A DNA stretch of 63,996 nucleotides, the filler included, from Basidioascus undulatus (Eukaryota), in the NCBI GenBank assembly GCA_000826855.1. It is 6 parts of 6 records of this genome, joined end to end, with 100 filler letters (N's around TTAATTAATTAA, not from the genome) between each part and the next. Parts side by side here need not be neighbours in the genome. Positions count along the whole stretch, not along the records: positions 49,732 to 56,950 come from JTLS01001591.1; positions 57,051 to 63,996 come from JTLS01001648.1; 4 more parts are not named here. One strand, 5' to 3'. A program made the translations under genes and the position numbers. The notes beneath the pieces are model-generated. The model did not search any database. It had not been told where the DNA came from and saw nothing but the letters and a program-made list of their open reading frames with translations. Below, piece after piece: positions 49,732 to 61,645 of the stretch (positions within the stretch are counted from its first letter, which is position 1; each line of letters begins with the position of its first letter).

Positions 49732-52700
49732 TTGGGAGTGGTACATTCCGAAGGCTGGTACGATGCTTATCAGCAGGTGGGAAAAGGGGAGGAGAAGGTA
49801 GGGGGTGTTTGGAGCAGAGGGGAGGGGCGGCGAGCGGGTGTGGGAGGGGCGGAGACGGAGTAGGAGTAGGGCATTGCGGAGGGCTGAGGGCCGGGAGGAG
49901 AGGGCAAGTCAGCGTGCGGGAGATGGATGGATTGATGGACCGCCGCCTGGAGAGCGAATGACTCACAGCTCAGAGCTCAATCAACCAGTCTCACCCTCTG
50001 CCGAAAGAGGATTAACCAAAAGTTTGCGGGACGGGGCGAAGATCTGAGCGAAGGGAGGGGGAAGAGCGTCAGTGTCCGGCCTCGTCGCTCACTCACCCAG
50101 CGCAACAATCCTGCCCAGCGTGCTCGTGCTTGGAGTGTTGTCTATTCCCCAGCCCATCTCCCCCACACCAAAGGCTCGTCGTGCGCCAAGGCCCTAGCTC
50201 CCCGCCTTCCCCCTCGCCCACCCTTCCGCGACGCACGACCCCCTGCGCTCGAAAAAGAAACAGCAGCTCACCTTGCGTATCCTCAACAGCAAACTCTTCG
50301 CGATCGCAGACGCCCTTCGACAAGCCAAGCAGGACGAGGAGGAGAGCGAGAAGATTGACCTTCGGGCTGAGCTGAGCTGCTGGGCTGCGGATGGTGCCCC
50401 GGTCAGCTTCTCTGCCCCTGCGCACGCCAATCCTCCCCTGCCCTCTCTCCCACCTATCCACACAGTCCATCTATTTTCCGTTCGGAATAGCCTACGAACC
50501 TTACTTGAGCGAAAGTCGAGCCTACGACGGATCGCGGACCGGACGCGATGGTCGAAACGGGAAGCGGGAGGAAGAGAAGCCAGGCCCCGGCACGTCTATG
50601 CAATGAAGTACGAGCGTTCGTCCGCCAGCAAGTAAATAAGACCTCGAAAAAGTGGGAGACGGTGGGTGGGTGGTGCGTGGGTGGATGTTAAGAGCAAGAG
50701 CAAACACGTTGAGGTTGCTTGAGGAGCTGTCAAACTTGGCAAGGGACACAGCGATTGACGTCGAAGTAAGAACCGCCAGAAATGGCGCTGTGGCTTGTCT
50801 CGCTCGGCATGGGTTTATTAATCGTCCTCATCTGACTACACTTTTCCATGGAGTTGAATTGGTTGGGCTGCGTTGAAAATTCGCGGTGGGAAAGGAGGGG
50901 TTGAGGATGGGAAATGAGAGGAGGGAAGCCTAACCGGGAAAGACGATGCTTAGACCATAAAGAAAAAACCCTCAGTAGACCTCACAACCAGTGAATGACC
51001 AAAATAGCTGGCGCGACGGCGTCCTTCCTCTCTGCACTGCGCAGGACGCTGCAGCGTTCGGGCGTCGCTGGAAGCCGATTCACGCTGGGTGACGTTATCG
51101 CTCTGGTATACACAAGTGTTGAGATCTAGATCATTATTGAGGGTTCTAGAGGTACTTTGGTCAGAGTGTGCAGGTGGATGGATGCGCGGTGGACGCTGGG
51201 GGAAGCGCACGGCTGCGCAAGCAGTCTGTGACTTTCGCACAGGCGTGTGCCTACAGGTGGACTGGCCTGATGTAGTAGTACCAGACAGAAAACTTTCAAC
51301 TTGAAGTGTCCAGTGTAGTAGGCAGGGAGGATGCCTTACAGAAGACCTTGGTGTCATTCTCTGTGCTGCCGATGATACAGCAGCTGCAGCCCTTCACAAG
51401 GTTGTCTGGTTGACGTTCTGAGGGCTCACAAAAGCTGAGCTTCAAATACCCAAAAAATCTGCTAAGCTCAAGTAACAGTCCCATTATGAGGAGTTGCAGA
51501 GCCCTTCACTCTTCAGAGGAACGTCAGGCGCACGCGTCCCCTGCCCTTATCAGACCTCACTTGACTTGGGCGAGCTGTATACGTCTGTGTGTCTAGAAAC
51601 CGCTTACTAAAATGGTCACAGATTTAGCTGCGAGCTATACCTCAGCCACCGGAGTTGTGTGTGCGCCTGTGCGTTAGATGACGTGTTGGACACTGCGATG
51701 AGCATGCTCGTTTTCAAGCTCACGGTGCCTGCACGTAGCTGCGCCTCCTGGTAGCATGAAATAGATCTTAACACCTAACCCAACCAAAGCTTCGTGTAGG
51801 TACATTGACAAACCTACGTGACGCTGCAGCATTTGTTAAAAACGCTTGCTGCAGAAGCTCTTTCCGCTGCCGATCCCCTCCTTCAAGGGATCAGGAATGC
51901 CATCCTCCAACAGACAATTGAATTGGGTATTTTTTCTCTGAGTACTTTTTAGGGGAAAGAGGAGAATGCCTACGTCGCCTTCTTCAGAATCGATTCGACA
52001 TGGAGGAAGTCGCAACGGCACTGTACTGGATGTGGCACGCAGCGTTCACCCAGTATGGTGAATGTCAGTTCACCTACTCAAGCCAGACTGGTATTCGGAG
52101 CGTTCAATCCCGCAGGTGGGCTGAACAACCAGATACTGCTTGAGATTGGGTTTCGGGGAATTCTGAAGCTTGAGAGACAAACGGGAGGGTGAAGGGGTCA
52201 ATTTGTTCTGGAGCTTGAGGTGGGGCATTGAGCTGTCTCGTGTTTATCAGAAGGCGAAAGTTGCCTTTTGAGAAGCAGTTTCGGCGGTCCTTAGTCTGTG
52301 CGCTGAGAACAGGTTCCATCGGAGCAAGATGAGCCCGGGTAACTGAGAAAGAAACTTGAGAACCAGTTCATATCCTTCGTAAGCTCATATCCTTCGAAGG
52401 TATGAAAAGAAACGCCAAAGATGGACGCTGCAAACCGATTTTGAGAACAAGGCTGCCGGGGGACTGTCCGAGAGGTCGCAGCGTGCATATTCGCGCTGAC
52501 TCTGTTTCGTATCTTTCAAAAGTTCCGAATAACTACTCGAACACACTGTCCTCACGTATGCGAGAGACTGAGGTCCATGAAAAGTGGAATGTGCCAATCT
52601 CGCCGACGCAAGTGTACGTTTCGATGGTCAATGCTGGCTCCTACTCATGCGTGCTAGTGGTCAATCAAGCACCGTAATAGCCTCATATCAAATTCCGAGG

Positions 52701-53841
52701 TTTAGGTGACGATTCCTATGAGTGGTCGGTTTAGACCGAACGAGACGACACGTATCTCGTTCTCTGCCGTCTACGCGTCAGCAGCCAGTCTTCACTGTAT
52801 CCCCTCCCCGCCATTTTTTGCTGGCAAACTGATGTTTTCTCTTCAGGATAGTTGATTTATTCCACAAGGTGGGTGAGGATTGTTTGGTTGCTTGCTGAAG
52901 CAGCGGATTTGCAGGACGCTGCGCACCTAAGAGGCGTCAGGCTTCCTTCCCTTCCTACTGCGCCTATGTGTTACCTACTAGGATTGAGGGAGGGCTTGGA
53001 AATTACTGCAGCTATAATCATGGGACGCAGGGAAGCTCCGATAGCTTTTATGTCTCTCAACTGGTGTGCTTTTGCAGACACGACTTCAGGCCTCGTGCTG
53101 CAATCGAGTCGCATGGTGCACTTATCGCGGTCGCAAGTTGGTCGGTGGTTTGTCCACAAGAAAAAATCCAAGATTAAAATACTTAATAAACTGAGAAGGT
53201 TTCGATCGGTAGCTGACTCTGTAGCTGACTCGGTCGCGGTCAACTCTCGTGCTTGTCCTTCAGGAGACAGGAGTTTCCAGCGTTGCAACTCAGCACCCCC
53301 CCTCCCTCTAGTGTCTAGTATAAATACCTAGAACCTTAAATACCAGTTCATTTGACTAAGCCAGCCAATTCAGATGGATCTAGATCCGTCAAGGACGACT
53401 CGAGTGCGAGAGAGCTGATTGCTAATACGACACCTGTCCTGGTGTTCTTGTCAAGTAGTATACCCCTTCAGCGCGCTCTGTGCTGGAAAGTTCATCAATA
53501 GACCAAGCTTGTCGAAGATACAAAGCCCTTGCAAAGCCCTCTGTGAATCCGAGTGGTCGAAGCACCGCCGGCTGTTAGAACTGGATTTTATGAGCTGGCT
53601 TTAAGACCTAGGCACCCAACACCCTATACATGGTTGGAATATGTGCTCTAAACTTCCTAAAAATCCGTAAAAAATCTGGGGCAGCTGCAGTGAAGACATT
53701 ACTGCCGAAGGCCAACTGAGCCGAATGGCGGTACGTAATCACGGTGACGATGCCCTTATCGCGATAAGGTGTCTCCTTGTCCTGACTGCATCCCAGCTCC
53801 TCGCACCACAAACACCAACATCACCACCATCATCCATACAC

Positions 53842-54364
53842 ATGAATCGTCAGAGCGCAAGCAACAGTCGGCAGAGCCACGAGATCGACCTCCGCGACGT
53901 CATGGTTGACCAAGCGGTCACGATCCTGCGCCAGCAGCAGGAGGCGCAGGCCAACGAGCTTGAGGCGGCGGAGGAGCTGGAGGCCCGTAGGGTGAGTTGA
54001 AATTTGAGTTTTGCGCTGTATAGGAGACGGTTCTGATGAAGTATTAGCCAAACAGCGGGAGAGGGCTGGGCATTCCGCAGAGGTCAAGCGCCTGAGCGCT
54101 GCGTGGGCGAGGGAACGTCAGAGGTCGGAGCAGATGAAGGGGCAGATGGAGGAGCTGCGGGTGAGCGATGGAGACTAAGAAAGTACAGAAACGTCAGGCT
54201 GAATAGTTGATGCCGTACAGCGCGAGAAGGGTGGGCACGCCGCCGAGGTCAAGCGGCTAAAGGCAGCGCTCGCAGCTGAGAAGACTCGCAAGACGGAGAT
54301 GCGCCGCTCTACCCGTCCCACCCTCTTAAACTTGCACGGCCATTTTCTCCCACAATTCCCCTGA
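53842..54364 (+). CDS. Small coiled-coil protein, copy A of an inverted paralog pair (possibly decaying)
   Basis: MNRQ...LRDVMVDQAVTILRQQQEAQANELEAAEELEARR|RERAGHSAEVKRL...MEELR|REKGGHAAEVKRLKAAL with canonical introns. Confidence 0.55.
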
Positions 54365-55329
54365 CTCCTGGCGTCGAGGTCCCGAAGGCTCTCTCAGATT
54401 CAAGGCTCCGCCTTCAGTCAAGTCCGGGCACCCCCTCCCCGAGCTTGCCTCACTCAGCCCATCTACAGAGCTCAACGAGAAGCGTCAGCGCCAGTTAAAC
54501 GGGCCACGAAAGGACCGCGAAATAATGCCCCCCTCACCTTGCACTTTTTAGTCGCCTTGCTACCTTCCCAGCTCTACCAGCAACGCCCGACCTCGACTGG
54601 CCCTGCAGGATGGCAACGTCAGTATCTGAGGGCAATGAAGACCCGAAAATGACGTTCTCGAAGCCGGTCTCCGCGTCATGAACGAGAGCTCTGGAGCACG
54701 AGGGCTGAACGAATCATCCTTCTCAGTGAAGCAGCAGATGAGCCGACGAAATGGTCTTTCTACTCCAAGGCCCTGATGATGGTCTCGTCTGCGCTGCGAC
54801 GAAGCTGTGTGCAGAGTTGCGCCCGTTCGTAGGCGCCGTGGCCGATGTCGGGAACGAAGATGAGCTTGGAGATTTCCTCGTTCTTTCTTGTTAGGTAGGG
54901 GCTCACAACTGCAACTGTCCGACAGGAACTTGCCGGGATTGAAAAGTCGGGACTTCAATCCCTTCGCAACAACGCATTCTCGGTCGAGCTTGGCGGTCAT
55001 GAGCGGGAAATTCTTTTCATTTTTAGAAAGCTAGAGGACACTCGCCGATGTGAGCGACGTTGATCACGCTTCCTAGCGGAGCATGAACGCACCTCGATCT
55101 CCTCAACGTCCCCTAGTGGTAGTTTACAGGCCGTGTGCCCTCCCTGAATAACCCAGAGGGCATATCGTGGATATGAAGGTTCCAGTTGTGAATACCACAT
55201 CCAATGTCGGCTATGCCGCAGAACCATGTCCGCAACGGTATGGACGGCTTCTCGCTCGTCGTCGCAGCCGAAACGGAGCCCGACGGAGCTGCAGCCTGCA
55301 GCATAATCGACTTGAACAGCGGGATCAAG

Positions 55330-55830
55330 AAGAGAACATAAGTTGGGAATAGGAGGAGATGTGTATGGGAGAAGTTGCACACCTCCGCTCCGCGACCGCT
55401 CCCGGCCAGCGTAGCCTTGAGCCGCTGGATCTCGATGACGTGCCCATCCTTCTCCCGCCACACGGCGTCCATCTCTTCAGCCTCCTAACGTCCTACTCCA
55501 AGATACGCTTAAGACCGTACTATTCAGCGGCAGGACTTTCAGTTGCTCTTTAGCCTGATGCTCTTCCACTCAGCTGCTGGACCTCAGCAGCGTGTCCGTC
55601 CCTGTCCCGCTGCTCGGTATCAATCGTGTTGAGCTTTTCCCCACTTTACCTAACTCAAAAACTCATTCACATACTCTAAAGTCCCCCAGCTCCTCTGACC
55701 TCCTTCTCTTGTGCCTCGTGCCGCTGGCGCAGGATCGTGACCACTTGCTCAGCGACGACGTCGCGGAGGGTGCGATTTTCAGCATTGAGAGAAGCGATGT
55801 TATCGCTCTGGAGACCGTGATTGCAGTTCT
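55330..55830 (-). pseudogene. Copy B of the inverted coiled-coil paralog pair
   Basis: LRDVVAEQVVTILRQRHEAQEKE; RDRDGHAAEVQQL; REKDGHVIEIQRLKATL. Stops and frameshifts present. Confidence 0.6.
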
Positions 55831-56950
55831 CTGAACTTATGGGGTTAGAGGAGGGTGGTCGTGGCGAGAGCTGAAGAAGCGAGTAAGTGACTGTGGAGTG
55901 AACTGAGAATATGAACGGCATGAACGGGTGTGAGACGTTGTGCGGCACGCAGTGCACCAAAGCCTGGAACCTGGACATCTGCATGGTACGCGCAGTAAGT
56001 TTGTTTCAAATATTTTCCCGTCTGTCATATCTTGCCCAAGCATTTGTCCATTCTGACGGACGGTAATGAGAAAGGCGCGAAGCACTGCGTTCGACGTAAA
56101 CGTCCAGCGCGTCTTTCCTTCTCTGGGAGACTCGGACATCACCATCTATACTCTGTTCTGTTCTTCAAGAACAATGGACGCGTGCTTAGGCTGCAGCAGA
56201 GTATTGATGCGCTGCCTCGTCGGAGGAGTACACAGACGTTTTAGTCACAGAGCGAGAGGCTGAGGACTGTTGCGGGTATGGAGCTTGCTTCCATCCCATT
56301 CCGAAGGAGACGCAGGGTTTCTGGACACAGCCATGGCAGCTGAACGAATCTGGCGCAGCTCAACGGCCCCTACATAAGGTACATTCTGAAACGCTCCAAA
56401 GCGAGCCTCACGGTCACCGCCCAAGCTTCAAGAACGTCCCCGACAGCCTCTCCCAGAGGGGTATACAGTTATTCAGCCAACCTGAGCGGCTCGACCTAAC
56501 AGACTTCATGAGCTAGTAAGATGTGCTAAACGACTATCAAATCCTCACCTTGCGGTTCTTGGCCGCCTTGTTCCCTCCCTCTCCGGCAGCGGCGCTCGAC
56601 CCGGACTTACGCCTGCAGACTGGCGGGGTAAGTCACAGTTGTTATGACCGCGACACGGATGGCTGTGGGAGGAGATACTTGCTGAGAATTTCCAACCGGG
56701 ATTTTGACATGGAGGCCGTTTCGAGAAGGCAATTGGCGCGACGCTGAGGGTATGAGCGTGGAGCCGGGCTTGTGCGGGGGCGCGGACTGGGGCAGCCGTG
56801 ACGTGGAAGCCCGTGAAGAAGAGCGGGGACGAGGAAGTCCGGCAAAAAGGTCCATTAAAGGTTCTCCTCGGGTGGTTCTTGAGTACGAGGGGCTGGACGG
56901 GACGAGGAGCGCGGCGATTCGGAACCTGCGAGCCGGGCTGTGGGTGGAGC

Positions 56951-57050
56951 NNNNNNNNNNNNNNNNNNNNNNNNNNNNNNNNNNNNNNNNNNNNTTAATT
57001 AATTAANNNNNNNNNNNNNNNNNNNNNNNNNNNNNNNNNNNNNNNNNNNN
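56951..57050. other. Artificial scaffold spacer
   Basis: 44N-TTAATTAATTAA-44N. Confidence 0.98.
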
Positions 57051-58013
57051 AGGAGGAGGGTCGCGAGGAGGAGGGCGGGGTGCTGGAAGTACGAGGCTCT
57101 GTGACCCGCGCAGGGAGCGTCAGGACGGCAGAAAGGGAGAGGAGGAAAGATGGAGACACGCACAGGAGGAGCTGCATCGCCCTTGCGCGATCCCCGCGCT
57201 CCACCGCGTCCTCCGCGAGGATCGCCAAGCTGCTCGGATCCATGCCCCTGCCCATCGTCTCCTCCTCGCCCTCCACGCTGCCCACCACAAGCCTCTGCCA
57301 AATCGCGGGTGTCCTCTTCCTTAGATGGACCGTCAGCAGGCGTGGCGGCTGTGGCCGCGCGGAAGAAGACGCGGGCGGGGAGGGCAGCGGCGGGGAGGAT
57401 GGGCCGGACGGGAGGGAGTGGACGGACGAGGGGGGCGTCGGGAGGTGGTATGAGGATGAGGAGGCCGGGGAGCGCGAGCGCGAACGCGAGTGCGAGCGCG
57501 TGGGGGAGGACGAGCGCGAGGAGGTGGGCGTCGAGGACGAAGTGTGGGCGGGGCGGGAGAGCTGGTAGTGCGATTGGGAGGGCTCGATCGGGTGCGGGAG
57601 GCGGCCCTGCGGTTATGAATTCGGGAGATGACGATGAGCGGTGAGCAAGCGGAGCGGAGAGCGCACAAGCCGCACCTTGATCAACCGCCCCTCGCCCCGC
57701 AGCCCAGCTTGGATCTCAAGCTGCGTGAGCCGGACCTAATCGCACCGACATCCCACCATCCAGCATAATCAGCGTTTCTTCCTAACTCCCTATTTCCCCA
57801 TAGCCCCAGTACCGCCCCGCACCTCGATGTCCTCCTTCGACGTATGCCCTGGGACGAGGAGCAGGACGGTCGCTTGGTCGTGGGACTGTCCACCCACCCC
57901 TGGGATCAACACACTTCCTTCCCTGACGAGGTAAGCCGAGAACCAAGGCTTACCTGGTGCCAGCTATACTGCAGCAGACGGTCCAGCGACGGTCCAGAGT
58001 GGGAGGCGTCCAT
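57051..58013 (-). CDS. CS (p23/NudC-like) domain protein, 3'-truncated by gap
   Basis: YSWHQ|SHDQATVLLLVPGHTSKEDIE|VRLT...LIK|GRLPHPIEPSQSHYQL...RLLTVHLRK...IWQRLVVG...MDPSSL follows the CS pattern (Y.W.Q...V.V, G.L...I....S.W, L.I.L.K...W..L). Confidence 0.7.
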
Positions 58014-58506
58014 CGCTACGGTGCGTCCAAGCTCCGAGTTCCGGCAGCTCAAATGACTTGTGTGCCGTCCTGGCTTGAGGGGATTCGTAGAACTCGGAAG
58101 CACTGGTGAAGGCGACGAGGGAGATGGTGATGGTGAAGGTGCAAGGGAGAGGGGTTGCTGAAAGGGAGTAAAGCGGTTGCGAGCGCGGGACCTCGGGGTG
58201 CCGCGCTTCGAATCCCGGAAAATGCATACTTGAAATGCGCGAGCAGCCAAGAAAAAGCCTCAAGAAAAGAGAATCACACCCGCCCGAAATATTGCAGACT
58301 CAAAGCGCTGTCTGCGACTACAAACCCAGTTGCACATGCAGCAGTGCCGCACGCTTCAATTGCTGTCTTGTCTAGTTGTATCGTCAAGGTATAGGTAAGT
58401 TGTGAGTCCGGAAAAATGTACATCTAAATCCCCATTTACAACATCAAATCTATGAAGTGCCCAGGCCATCGTCCAGCGAGGCCTCGAAGCGGCAGCGTGC
58501 AACCAC

Positions 58507-60327
58507 TCAGTAGCAGTTGTGCACCTCCTTGTCCTCCATCCATGAGATCTGGGGCTGGCCGGACTTGCAGCTAAAACAAGTTATAAGCGAAAAAAAATCA
58601 GCTTTATGGAGTACTAAACTCAACAGGAGAAGTAGCGACGTACACCGACTCGCAGCCCTTCTCCTCCTTCCACTCCGCTCCGTGGCCGCACTCCTTCTTG
58701 GGGCACTCTGCCCGGGGGGCGTTGCCAAACCCGAACTTCTTGATCTCGTGGTTCTCGTGGTACTCGTGCTTCTCCTCCTCATAGTAGAACAGCTGGGGCT
58801 TGTACTCCTTGGGCTTCTCCTCGTAGTAAGGCTTCTCGATGAGCTTGTACTCAGGCTTCTCCTCCTCGGACTCCTCCTCAGGCTTGTACTCCGGCTTGGG
58901 CTTGTAGACTTCCTTGGGCTTCTCATAGTAGGGCTTCTGCTCGACAGGCTTGTACTCCTCCTTCGGCTTAGGGTAGTACACGGGCTTGTACTCCGACTTG
59001 TACGGCTTCTCCTCGACAGGCTTGTACTCCTCCTTCGGCTTAGGGTAATACACGGGCTTGTACTCCGACTTGTACGGCTTCTCCTCGTAGTACTCCTTGG
59101 GCTGCTCGACATGCTCAGGCTTGCAGTACTCCTCGACGCAGTACGGCTTCTCCTCCTTGGGCGCCTCGTAGTACTCGGGCGTCGGCTGGGGCTTGTACTC
59201 CTCCTTCGACTTCTCGTAGTACTCTGTCTTCTTCTCCTCCTTGTACTCGGGCTTATGCTCGTAGTACTCCGGCTTCGGCTGGGGCTTGTACTCCTTCTCT
59301 TCGTAATAAATCTTCTTCTCCTCCTTGTTTTCCTCCTTGGCCTGCTCATAGTAGGCCTTCTTTTCCTCATACTTGGGCTTCTCCTCGACGCACTCCTCCT
59401 CCGGCTTGTACTCGGGCTTGTATTCAGGCTTATACTCAGGCTTGTACTCTGGATTGTAGGGCTTCTCCTCGTAATACTCCTTCTTCGGGTACTCGACCTG
59501 GGGCTTGTACTCAGGCTTGTAGGGCTTCTCCTCATAGTACTCCTTCGGGTACTCGGGCTTGTACTCAAGCTTCTGCTCCTGGTGCTCAGGCTTCTTCTCG
59601 TAATACTCAGGCTTGGCCTCGTAGTACTCCTTATTGGGCTTGTGGCACTCCTCGACCTCGGGGCAGTGGTGGTGGTGCTCGACCGGAGGCTTCTGCTCGT
59701 AGTACTCGGGCTTGGGGACATACTCCTTGACCGCTGCGACATACTTGTACTCGGGCTTCTTGCCGCAGACGTGCTTCTCCTCCTTCCACTCTTGCCTATG
59801 AAACAATTGCAAAATCAGCTCATGTACACGCATTTTCAGAGAGAAACTAAGGAACACGGCACTGACCATTTATTCTTCTTGCAGTACTCGTTGCACTTGC
59901 CCTCGTCCTTGCCCCAGTAGCCGCCGTGGTGGAACTCGACCTCGACATACTCGACCTCGTCCTCGGAATACTCGTCGGAAGAGTACCCACCAGATGATGA
60001 CTCGTCGTCGTCCTCGGACGAGTATTCCCTGCGGCCGAGTGCGCGGCGGTGCTTCTTGCCCTTGCCGTGCTTGATCGAGTTGTGCTCGAACTCCTGCATG
60101 CTGAACTGCAAGTCGACGTCGACGTCGTTTTTGATGTTGATCGGCTGTCCCTTGGCAGCGGGTGCCGCCGTGGATGCGCCTACAGCGCCCACCGGGGAAC
60201 GCGCAGCGATGCTGCTGGAGCGGCGGTCGAGGTTCGCGATCCTGGACGAGTCGGATTGCAGGAGTGGGAAGGCGATGGAGGAGGCGGAGAGGGAGACCAC
60301 GGCGAGGGTGGCGAAGGTGAACTTCAT
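58507..60327 (-). CDS. Secreted 558-aa Glu/Lys/Tyr/Pro-rich repetitive protein (extensin/PRP-like)
   Basis: Exons 60327-59867, 59795-58644 and 58570-58507 give a 1677-nt open frame. Signal peptide MKFTFATLAVVSLSASSIA, dibasic RR sites, core of PEYK/KPEY/YYEEKP/PVYYPKPK repeats, Cys clusters at both ends. Confidence 0.88.
58941..59084. repeat. 72-bp in-frame tandem duplication (EKPYKSEYKPVYYPKPKEEYKPVE x2)
   Basis: 58941-59012 and 59013-59084, one synonymous mismatch. Confidence 0.92.
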
Positions 60328-61645
60328 TTTTGGGGATGGGAACAGAAGCGAGTGTGATGTTGTAAGGACAGTGGCGCTGGCTAGCTGCGGAGGAGGTGGA
60401 GGAAGAGGCTGTGAGATGGGGATGAACAGCTGCGTCGACCTCTGACTCTTATAGCATGCGAGTTCTATTTCTGCAAACAGCCCATGCCGAGGCAATACCA
60501 AGAACAACACGGAAGAGAGGGGAAGCTATACTGTCCCCCGAAAGCAAACGCCTGCAGAAGCATGGGACACACCAGCCTGAAAGGGACAGCTGGGCATGCA
60601 GCCAGAGGACAGGGAACCGCTCGCTCGCGCCGCCGTAGCTTGGCTCGCTGGGCAGTAGCTCAGGATAAATCATCACAAGACAGTGGCCGCCGGTCGAATG
60701 GAGCTGAGTCTCGGCCCCGAAGTCCTCACGAATTGCAGTCGAGCGTTCGACTTGCGAAGAGTTATGAAGAGGCTGCCAGAGGCTGCAGTGCCCTGAATCG
60801 CAGCGTCCGTCATCGAAAATCAAGTTCACGCGGTCGTTTATCACAGCACGGCATTGTTTACGGTGGATTTGAGGTAGAAGCAAGGTACTAATGCAATTGG
60901 GGAGCAATAAAGAGCGGACACGCGCTGCGATCAGGGTGTGGAGAGATTAAGCTGTGTATGGAGAGCTGGTCGTCGACGCGACGAGTCGACAAGTTACGTG
61001 GGTGGCGATGGGGCATAGATGTGAGACGGAGGCATAGCGGTGGGTGGGGGCAGTGAAGGTAACTAAGGGGTGTTCGGTCACTAGCCGGCGAAGGAGCGAG
61101 AGAGTCGAAGGTAGGGAGAATAGATTTGAACGACGATGCAAGTTGCAGGCCGGACACAGCCGGTGGAAAGCGAGTAAGGCGATACGTACGGAGACTAGAA
61201 GAAGGGGCAGGCAGCGCGGGGTATTGAGGGAGGGTCGTGACGAGGATGAGGTAAACCTAGAAAGAAAAGGAGAAAAGAACGGGGAGATGGAGGACAAGTG
61301 GAGGATGCAGCAAGGAGCGGACAAGGGCCGAAAGCGCGGGTAGCAGATAGGGGGGAGTGCTACCATGCGCGGCCGATCGCGTAGGCTTCCGGCGAGGTCG
61401 GCGAAGGCGGAATCATGGGGGTGACGGAATCGGGAGGTGACGAGGCGGGGGCGTATCGGACGGTGTTGACAGTCTCGTGCGTGCGCATGGTCGACGACGA
61501 TGCACGGTACGTGTCTGCCACGGAGCGGATCGAAGCCGACGACCGCGGGAGCAGCGACGAGTTGTACCTGCAAATCCATCCCAGTCAGCCGCACGCTCCA
61601 GGGTAGGTATCGCGAGGCCGAACACAATGAAGGGTATCGGACCTC

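Noticed and set aside
50950..53700. Short palindromes and duplications (e.g. GGATCTAGATCC at ~53376, GTAGCTGACTC x2 at ~53209)
   Set aside because: Within chance or slippage expectation; no associated element structure
7246..57050. Palindrome TTAATTAATTAA recurring five times
   Set aside because: Always centred in exactly 100 nt of N padding; it is a six-frame-stop scaffolding linker, not biology
58517..59920. 467-aa Leu/Val-rich plus-strand ORF and 411-aa Ser/Arg/Thr-rich minus-strand ORF
   Set aside because: Antisense and off-frame shadows of the repetitive E/K/Y/P gene
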